Shown here: in pieces, positions 57,621 through 64,000 of the stretch | Layout of the letters: each line of letters opens with the position of its first letter | How positions within the stretch are numbered: position 1 is the stretch's first letter | NCBI GenBank assembly: GCA_963827275.1 | Contig: CAWHAA010000008.1 | Span: 448,001 to 512,000 of the forward strand | Direction: 5' to 3' | Length of the DNA stretch: 64,000 bases | Origin: an uncultured Spirochaetota bacterium | Lineage (GTDB): Bacteria; Spirochaetota; UBA4802; UBA5550 | Translations under genes and position numbers: made by a program | The notes under the pieces: model-generated | What the model was told of the DNA's origin: nothing | Seen by the model: the letters and a program-made list of their open reading frames with translations, nothing else | Databases searched by the model: none

Positions 57621-58405
57621 AGCGGGATGTCATAGCGCTTCCGCTTTTTGAAGCCGGAGATTTTTCTGTATCCCGCGCGGGTTATCGCTTCGACCGCCTC
57701 CGGGAAGAGGCGGCCGATCCGCTCCGGCGCATGGGCGTCCGAGCCCAGGGTGACCGGGACATTGCTGGCGAAGAAGATCCCCAGGATGGCGTCGGACGGG
57801 TAGAGCTCCGCGGCGGGATGCGCCATGCCCGCCGTGTTGATCTCCGCGGCGATGTCATTGGCCGCCATGATGCGCGCGATGTTTTCAACGGCGGGGCGGA
57901 AGTCGCGGTCCGCCCTGAACCCGAATTTCTTGATGATGTCGAAATGGCCGGCAATGTTGAAGAGCCCCGATCGCGCCATCGATTCCATCTCCGAATAATA
58001 ACGGGCATGGATATCGTTGATGTCCCGGTCCCGGTACCCGTCGAGGTAGTCCGGGTGGTCGAAGGGCCAGCCGTCGATGAAGTGGCATGAGCCGATGAGG
58101 TAGTCGATCCGCGGGTCGGTAAAGTAGCGCTCTTCGAAGGAGGGCAGGAGGGGGTAGTCGACCTCGAAGCCGATGCGCACGGCTATCCTGTCCCTGTAGC
58201 GCTCCCTCTGTTCCTCGATGGCGCCGATATAGCGCTCGACCTCCCCCGCGGACATGGTGAATCCTTCGCGGGTCTCCTCCGGCATCGGCGCATGGTCCGA
58301 GAACCCTATTTCGCTGATGCCCTTCGAAAGGGCGGACTCGATATACTCGCTGACGGTCCCCGTCGCGTGGCCGCAGAGGCTGGTGTGCGTATGATAATCG
58401 ACCAT
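57617..58405 (-). CDS. hisJ: Histidinol-phosphatase, PHP family
   Basis: DYHTHTSLCGHA, GFSDHAP, IGSCH, GHFDIIKKF, EINTAG, GSDAH. Confidence 0.88.
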   Translation of the reverse strand: MVDYHTHTSLCGHATGTVSEYIESALSKGISEIGFSDHAPMPEETREGFTMSAGEVERYIGAIEEQRERYRDRIAVRIGFEVDYPLLPSFEERYFTDPRIDYLIGSCHFIDGWPFDHPDYLDGYRDRDINDIHARYYSEMESMARSGLFNIAGHFDIIKKFGFRADRDFRPAVENIARIMAANDIAAEINTAGMAHPAAELYPSDAILGIFFASNVPVTLGSDAHAPERIGRLFPEAVEAITRAGYRKISGFKKRKRYDIPL

Positions 58406-58410
58406 GGGAC

Positions 58411-59076
58411 TCAGTATCCGTGGCGGGAGTAGTAGAGGGAGATGTCGTTGAGCGCCTCGTAGACGCTGTCGTTCACCGCCGCCTTCTTGATGAGGAACTT
58501 GTCGATCGTGTCCTCGGGGCCGTGCCTGATCACCGAGAGGAGGTACCAGAGCGGGTGGACGTGCACGTCCTGCGAGTCCTCGCGCCTGACAATGTCGTCG
58601 GTGAGTCGGTCATTCAGCACCATGTCCATGTCCGGCCCGGAGAATTCATCGCTCCCGTCGCGGCCCGCGTAGCGCATCAGGTAGAAGTGGGGATGGAACA
58701 GGTACAGGACGAGGATTTTCTTCTTCCTCAGATACAGCCCGACCAGCTCGATGTTCCCGATCTCTATGAATCGCGGCCGTATCACGATTTTTTCTATATT
58801 GTAGAAGTCCGCCTTGTTCGGGTAGAACGAGAGGAGATACCGTACCCGGTCCGGGTTCATCAGCAGTGAATTGTTGCCGGGATACTGCAGGCCGGGGTGG
58901 ATGATCTCGATGATGGCGTCCCCGTGCTTGTACCGGTCACGGCGGTACAGGCTGTCAAAGCGGCTCGAGAGGAGCGCGTTTATGTCAAACGCGAGGTCGT
59001 CGTCGATGTTGACGATGTCCGGACGGGCGCTCCGCGGCCGTGAATCGCTGTCATAATATTCTTTTATATCGAACAT
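58411..59076 (-). CDS. Hypothetical protein
   Basis: 221-aa ORF ending 5 bp before the hisJ start; no motif recognised. Confidence 0.7.
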   Translation of the reverse strand: MFDIKEYYDSDSRPRSARPDIVNIDDDLAFDINALLSSRFDSLYRRDRYKHGDAIIEIIHPGLQYPGNNSLLMNPDRVRYLLSFYPNKADFYNIEKIVIRPRFIEIGNIELVGLYLRKKKILVLYLFHPHFYLMRYAGRDGSDEFSGPDMDMVLNDRLTDDIVRREDSQDVHVHPLWYLLSVIRHGPEDTIDKFLIKKAAVNDSVYEALNDISLYYSRHGY

Positions 59077-59254
59077 ATCGTGTCGTGTGCCTGCTAAAGT
59101 ACTGTATAATATAATTAAAAATCGCCGTTTTTGTCAATGATTTATGGTATTTCTGCCGTGTCGATCGAAATATGGCGAAAAAAAACCGGGGACGCGGAAG
59201 ATTCTCAACAAATAGAACTATTAATCCGAAAAATACCCTATACGCTGGCTGAAA

Positions 59255-59270
59255 TGGCATGATTTCTGCC
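59255..59270 (+). promoter_or_regulatory. Candidate sigma54 promoter
   Basis: TGGCATGATTTCTGCC, GG-N10-GC spacing. Confidence 0.4.
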
Positions 59271-59420
59271 GCGTTCTGCAAGAGTGGCCTGAAGAGGCGG
59301 CCGCACCGCTGTAAATTCTTTTCGACACCCCTAAAAGTACTAAAGTAAAGTGAGACAGAAACCGAATTTGAAACTGGGCAAAACCCTGTTCACGGAGGAA
59401 TGGGTATCCCGGGAGGTTTT

Positions 59421-59585
59421 ATGGGCGATCTCATGAAAAAGGATGATCGTGAGATTCAGCAGGACAAGAGGGAAATTGATGCTGACGCGATACTGCAATA
59501 CCGGAAGAAGATTTCCGATGACGCGTATCTCGAGCATGCAATCACCAGAATAGCCACTGATCTTTCTCACTATCTGACAAAGTAG
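59421..59585 (+). CDS. Small hypothetical protein, 54 aa
   Basis: GGAGG RBS; MGDLMKKDD...KKISDDAYLEHAITRIATDLSHYLTK. Confidence 0.65.
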   Translation: MGDLMKKDDREIQQDKREIDADAILQYRKKISDDAYLEHAITRIATDLSHYLTK

Positions 59586-59693
59586 CACGGTGTTACGGCG
59601 CCGGCCGCGCGGCGGGCGCCGGCGTGAAGCATAATCACTTCAGGGCGTGGCCTCTTCCCGAGCGGGAATGAGGCCTGACGCGCATGGCGGAGT

Positions 59694-60818
59694 ATGGTAA
59701 AAAGGGACTCCTATTTTGAATTGCAGCACAACAGGACGCTCAAGGTCCTGTTCTTTATCCTCTTCGGCGCGGTGATTGCCGGCCTGGTCTATATGTTCCG
59801 CTTTTTCTTCTGGCCATTCCTGTTCGCGGTGCTCCTCTACATGGCCCTGCAGCCGGTCTATAATGCGGTCATGCGGCGCGTCAGGCGGGGGTGGGCCGCG
59901 TCCGGCGTCATGATCCTCTTCCTGTTCGGGATGGTGCTCACGCCGCTCTTCTTCCTGGCGATCGCGGTGATCGACCAGGTGTACCTCCTCTATACCGTGG
60001 TGCAGGAAGAGATCAAGGCGGGCATCATCGAGGACTTCTATCGCAGCCAGATCGTCCAGCGGGCGCTGGCATCCCTGAATGTTGAGAGCGCGGACATTGC
60101 CGGTCGTGCCACCGATTTGATCCAGAACATGTCGGGCACGTTCCTTGCCAGCGTGCAGACCATGATCGCGTACCCCCTGCACCTGGCCCTGGATTTTGTC
60201 TTTCTACTGCTGATACTGTTTTTCCTGTTCAAAGACGGGGCCGGTCTCGGATCGCTCTTCTATAAAACAATGCCGTTCCCTGACGACCTCGAGGAGAGTG
60301 TGGTCTCCCGCCTTAAAGAGGTCGCCCGGGTGCTCCTGACGGGGAACCTCATGATCATGATAATACAGGGCTTCATGGTGGGCCTGGGGCTCTTCATGGT
60401 GGGGGTCCGGCTGGCCTTCCTCGCGGGCAGCCTCGCGGCCCTGCTCTCCCTGATCCCCGTGATAGGAACGTCCCTCGTGTGGCTGCCGGCGGTCATCTAT
60501 CTTGCCGCGACCGGGGCGTACCTGAAGGCGCTGTTCCTGGGCGTCTGGTGCCTCGCCTGGTACCTCCTGCTGGAGAACCTGGTGAAGCCCAAGGTGTTCG
60601 GGAAGAGGCTCAATTTCCATCCCGTGGTATTTTTCTTTATCCTGCTGGGTGGCATACAGGCCTTCGGGCTTCCCGGCGTATTCATCGGGCCGCTCCTCCT
60701 GACGCTCTTCTTCTCGCTGTGGGAGATCTACAAGATGCTTGAGGCCTACGACATGCACCATTATGGCGCGGAGAGAAAAACCCGCTCCTCAGCCAAAGGC
60801 ATGCGTAAAGACGAATAA
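59694..60818 (+). CDS. AI-2E family transporter
   Basis: LFFLFKDG, SLIPVIGTSLVWLP, ENLVKP, GGIQAFGLPGVFIGP. Confidence 0.9.
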   Translation: MVKRDSYFELQHNRTLKVLFFILFGAVIAGLVYMFRFFFWPFLFAVLLYMALQPVYNAVMRRVRRGWAASGVMILFLFGMVLTPLFFLAIAVIDQVYLLYTVVQEEIKAGIIEDFYRSQIVQRALASLNVESADIAGRATDLIQNMSGTFLASVQTMIAYPLHLALDFVFLLLILFFLFKDGAGLGSLFYKTMPFPDDLEESVVSRLKEVARVLLTGNLMIMIIQGFMVGLGLFMVGVRLAFLAGSLAALLSLIPVIGTSLVWLPAVIYLAATGAYLKALFLGVWCLAWYLLLENLVKPKVFGKRLNFHPVVFFFILLGGIQAFGLPGVFIGPLLLTLFFSLWEIYKMLEAYDMHHYGAERKTRSSAKGMRKDE

Positions 60819-60995
60819 TTATCCCCCTGTCCCCGTGCCCTTGCGGCGTCCCTTTTCTCTGTCAAAATCTTCATTGCCGTCCCGGTCATTTTTTCCCCTC
60901 GGGAGAAGCGGCGCTAATTTTGATAAATGTGTATTTTTATTCTTGAAATTATCCGGCGACAGGATGACGTTAACCTGAAAAAATACGAGGAGCGC

Positions 60996-63746
60996 ATGGC
61001 AAAATATCAGGGGAAAAGAACGCGGTTTTCGAAAGATGGGATGGCCAGGTCCCGCGAAAAAAGGGCCGCCCTCTTCCGCAGGGTGCGCGATATGCTTGAC
61101 CCCGCGCTGGTCAGGGCCAGGTCCCTGCTGGGCGCCGCCTCGGCGCGCCTCCGGTCGGCCCTGGAAAAGCTTGACGCCAGGCTCCCGGCAAACGTGAGGG
61201 TGAAAAAGGACGCGATCCTTGGCTCCGCGGGGATCAGGAAAGCGAAACGCTACGCCATCTCCTCCGCCTCCTCCCTGCCCGGGATCATCGACAGGTTTGT
61301 CGGGTATAGTATCGACCTCGTACGTTCGGCCTACGCGTTGATGCGGCGGAAGCCGTCGGTGTTCATCGGCATCGTGGCCGGCCTGGTGCTCCTCTTCGGG
61401 ATCATCCTCGCGCTCGACTTCAGCAGGGTGCGATCCCTGGCCACCTTTCAGCCCAGCGCCATGACGAAGATCTACGACCGGCACGGTGTCCTTGTCTCGG
61501 AGCTGTTCGCGCAGAAGCGCGACGTGGTGCCGCTCAGGAAAATACCGGGAGACCTTGTCCGGGCCATCGTCGCGATGGAAGACAATGAATTCTACGATCA
61601 CTGGGGGATTAATCCCAAGGGGATCGTCAGGGCCTTTTTCATCAATATATTTTCCGGAAGGATCAGGCAGGGCGGGAGCACCATAACCCAGCAGCTTTCC
61701 AAGGTGCTGCTCACCACGGGCGAGCGGAGCTATTACCGGAAAATGAAAGAGGCCTTTATCGCGGTCATGATGGAGGTCTTCTATACAAAGGACGAGATCA
61801 TGAGCCTCTACCTGAATCAGATATTCCTGGGACAGGGGACCTACGGCGTCGAGGCGGCGGCGCAGCTCTACTTCGACAAGCACGTGTGGGAGCTCAACCT
61901 GGCCGAATGCGCTCTCATGGCGACGCTCCCCTCGGCGCCGAACCAGTTCTCTCCCATCCGCCACACCAAGCGGTCGATGCAGCGGCACAAGATTGTGCTC
62001 GCGAAGATGGTCGAGATGGGATACGTCACCGTGAAGCAGGCGGAGCGGGCCTACCTCGATTTCTGGCCGGATTACCTCGGGTTCCTGAGCGAACTCTCCC
62101 CCTCGATGACCACCATAAGCGCCCGCACCAACAAGGCGCCCTGGTTCACCGAGTATGTGCGCCGCGAGCTGGTGAAGAAATACGGGGCGGAGATGGTCTA
62201 CGAGATGGGGCTTCAGGTCTATACCACGATGGACCTGAAAAAGCAGCTCGCCGCCCAGGAGGCGCTGAAGCGCGGCCTGGACCGGCAGACCGCCGCGTCG
62301 GCGAAGCTGGCCTTCAGGAACGAGGATTACATCATTGACCGCTTCGGCCCGGTGATTGAGCTGCTCGGGTATCTTTTCGACATGCCTTCCTTCAGGAAGA
62401 AGGGCTCGCGCCAGCGGGAGAAGCTGAATACCGTCATCCAGGACGAGATCGTCGAGGAGCTTGACGCGCTCAACTACCTTGCGGGCATGGACAGCGTGAA
62501 CAGGTTCCTCGAGGGGTACCGGGCCACCTACCTGGACGACAGGAACCAGCAGCGGGTCGAAGGGTGCATCATCTCCATCGACCACCGCAACGGATACATC
62601 GAGGCGATGGTGGGCGGGAGCGAGTTCACCAGCATCAACCAGCTGAACCGCGCCATGCAGGCGCGGCGGCAGCCCGGCTCCTCCATCAAGCCGCTCATCT
62701 ACGCGGCGGCCATAGAGAGCGGCGATTTCACCGCCGCGACCACGGTGCTCGATTCGCCGGTGGTCTTCCTCGACAACGAGGGGGGCGACTGGATACCGGA
62801 GAACTACGAGGAGGATTATTCAGGCTTCGTACGGCTCAGGAAGGCCCTTGCCCTTTCAATCAACGTGGTCTCCATCCGCATTTCCCAGCAGCTGGGGATC
62901 CAGTACGTGATGAATTACCTCGGCAAGCTCCTGAAGTTCGACCGGTTCGAGGCGAAGGAGCGCATCCCCCGGAACTTCTCCATCGCCCTCGGGTCGATGG
63001 ACGTAAGCCCCTTTGAGCTCACGAGGGCTTACGGCATCATCGCCAACGGCGGCAGGGACGTGATCCCGTTCGCCATCAGGTACGTGAAGGACCGCGAGGG
63101 AAAGACACTCGAGAACCGCGAAGAGGACGTGCGGAAAATTATCGAGGAGCGGGACAAGCACGGGGTGATGCAGATCATAAAGCCCGAGACGGCGCAGGTC
63201 CTGATCAGCATGCTGCAGAGCGTCATAAGCGGCGGGACCGGCGGCGCGGCGTCGCCCGGCAGGCCGGCCGGCGGCAAGACGGGCACCACCAACAGCTGGA
63301 AGGACGCCTGGTTCGTGGGGTTCACCCCGCAGGTCACCACCGGCATCTGGGTGGGATACGACAAGATGGGACTCTCGCTCGGGATCGGGCAGTCCGGCGG
63401 CTCCGTGGCGGCGCCGATATGGGGAGAATACATGCGCCGCGCCCTGGAGGACGAGCCGGTCCTTGATTTTCCGCAGTACGCCGCGCTGCTCTCGCACGAG
63501 GTGTGCGAGCGCTCGGGGCTCCTGCCGTCGCAGGATTGCGGCGAGACCATCGAGGAGATCTTCGTGCCCGGCACGGTCCCGGAAAAGAGCTGCGACGTGT
63601 GCGCCGGTCTGCTCAGCGGCGGGAACGTTCCCAGGCAGGGGCCGAAGGAGAACATCTCGCGCGACCAGAAGCAGACGATCAGGCAGATGGACCGCAAAAG
63701 AGAGGAATCGATCATCGATCATATCGATGATGACCTGCTCGAATAA
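60996..63746 (+). CDS. mrcA: Class A penicillin-binding protein 1A
   Basis: EDNEFYDHWG, QGGSTITQQL, RKMKE, RQPGSSIKP, SIN, KTGT; GAGGAG RBS before ATG 60996. Confidence 0.92.
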   Translation: MAKYQGKRTRFSKDGMARSREKRAALFRRVRDMLDPALVRARSLLGAASARLRSALEKLDARLPANVRVKKDAILGSAGIRKAKRYAISSASSLPGIIDRFVGYSIDLVRSAYALMRRKPSVFIGIVAGLVLLFGIILALDFSRVRSLATFQPSAMTKIYDRHGVLVSELFAQKRDVVPLRKIPGDLVRAIVAMEDNEFYDHWGINPKGIVRAFFINIFSGRIRQGGSTITQQLSKVLLTTGERSYYRKMKEAFIAVMMEVFYTKDEIMSLYLNQIFLGQGTYGVEAAAQLYFDKHVWELNLAECALMATLPSAPNQFSPIRHTKRSMQRHKIVLAKMVEMGYVTVKQAERAYLDFWPDYLGFLSELSPSMTTISARTNKAPWFTEYVRRELVKKYGAEMVYEMGLQVYTTMDLKKQLAAQEALKRGLDRQTAASAKLAFRNEDYIIDRFGPVIELLGYLFDMPSFRKKGSRQREKLNTVIQDEIVEELDALNYLAGMDSVNRFLEGYRATYLDDRNQQRVEGCIISIDHRNGYIEAMVGGSEFTSINQLNRAMQARRQPGSSIKPLIYAAAIESGDFTAATTVLDSPVVFLDNEGGDWIPENYEEDYSGFVRLRKALALSINVVSIRISQQLGIQYVMNYLGKLLKFDRFEAKERIPRNFSIALGSMDVSPFELTRAYGIIANGGRDVIPFAIRYVKDREGKTLENREEDVRKIIEERDKHGVMQIIKPETAQVLISMLQSVISGGTGGAASPGRPAGGKTGTTNSWKDAWFVGFTPQVTTGIWVGYDKMGLSLGIGQSGGSVAAPIWGEYMRRALEDEPVLDFPQYAALLSHEVCERSGLLPSQDCGETIEEIFVPGTVPEKSCDVCAGLLSGGNVPRQGPKENISRDQKQTIRQMDRKREESIIDHIDDDLLE

Positions 63747-63826
63747 CAGAGGCTTGCGGCCCCGGGGCCGCGCCTGGCATATACCGCGTCCCCGGAGTCC
63801 GGGGAACATCCATGGGAGGGTCCGCC

Positions 63827-64000
63827 ATGAACACCGATCAATGTATCCTGAAGCGTGAAGACACCGCGCTGCTGGTCATCGACATCCAGGAAAAGCTCGC
63901 GGCGGCCATGAATGCCGAGGTCATGGCCCGGACGGTGAAAAACAGTGCCATACTGATCGAAACGGCGAAGCTGTTCGGGATGCCGGTGATCGTGTCCGAG
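63827..64000 (+). CDS. Isochorismatase/cysteine hydrolase, partial
   Basis: Manual translation MNTDQCILKREDTALLVIDIQEKL...FGMPVIVSE; GGAGG RBS. Confidence 0.8.
   Translation, partial: MNTDQCILKREDTALLVIDIQEKLAAAMNAEVMARTVKNSAILIETAKLFGMPVIVSE

Noticed and set aside
60819..62585. 588-aa antisense ORF, and similar long antisense ORFs at 51079-52596, 27137-28327, 17848-18897 and 924-1892
   Set aside because: Shadow frames of GC-rich genes with clear motifs on the opposite strand; no domain motifs of their own
1..64000. Prophage, IS, integron, defence system, rRNA or tRNA
   Set aside because: No integrase, transposase, nuclease, phage or structural RNA signatures recognised

Overview
GC-rich bacterial chromosomal window, probably from an anaerobe (flavodiiron protein, ferredoxin, Fe-ADH, GctAB-like CoA transferase). 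The 7TM-AraC sensors are spirochaete-like, but taxonomy cannot be fixed from sequence alone. Lipid and acyl-CoA metabolism dominates. (1) 1-8557, minus strand: a hybrid olefin/beta-lactone cluster. It has one catalytic KAS-III/OleA-like thiolase, one catalytically degenerate LstB/NltB-like partner, an OleB-OleC fusion and OleD. Two paralogous membrane-anchored sensor regulators bracket it, and a phased 32-bp repeat array lies upstream. (2) 10.4-32.1 kb, plus strand: a catabolic super-operon with two Ltp4/Ltp3-like thiolase-fold pairs lacking the Cys nucleophile and a fifth Cys-less thiolase. It also has five DUF35 domains (including SCP2-SCP2-DUF35 and DUF35-BKACE fusions), a crotonase, a MaoC hydratase, three acyl-CoA dehydrogenases, an acyl-CoA ligase, a CoA transferase, two phosphoesterases, and a BetI-like TetR with three predicted operators. 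(3) 32-48 kb: SDR, ChoD-like oxidase fusion, small Cys-rich proteins, an O2/NO stress block under a Crp/Fnr-type box, a degenerate CoA-transferase-GNAT fusion, an LRR protein, a 43-bp palindromic tandem array, a secreted CocE/NonD hydrolase and a second acyl-CoA ligase. (4) 48-64 kb: mntP, MMPL transporter, PAS kinase and receiver, pgeF, hisJ, AI-2E permease, PBP1A and a partial isochorismatase. No rRNA, tRNA, CRISPR or transposase was seen. All functional calls come from recognised motifs; no database searches were run.
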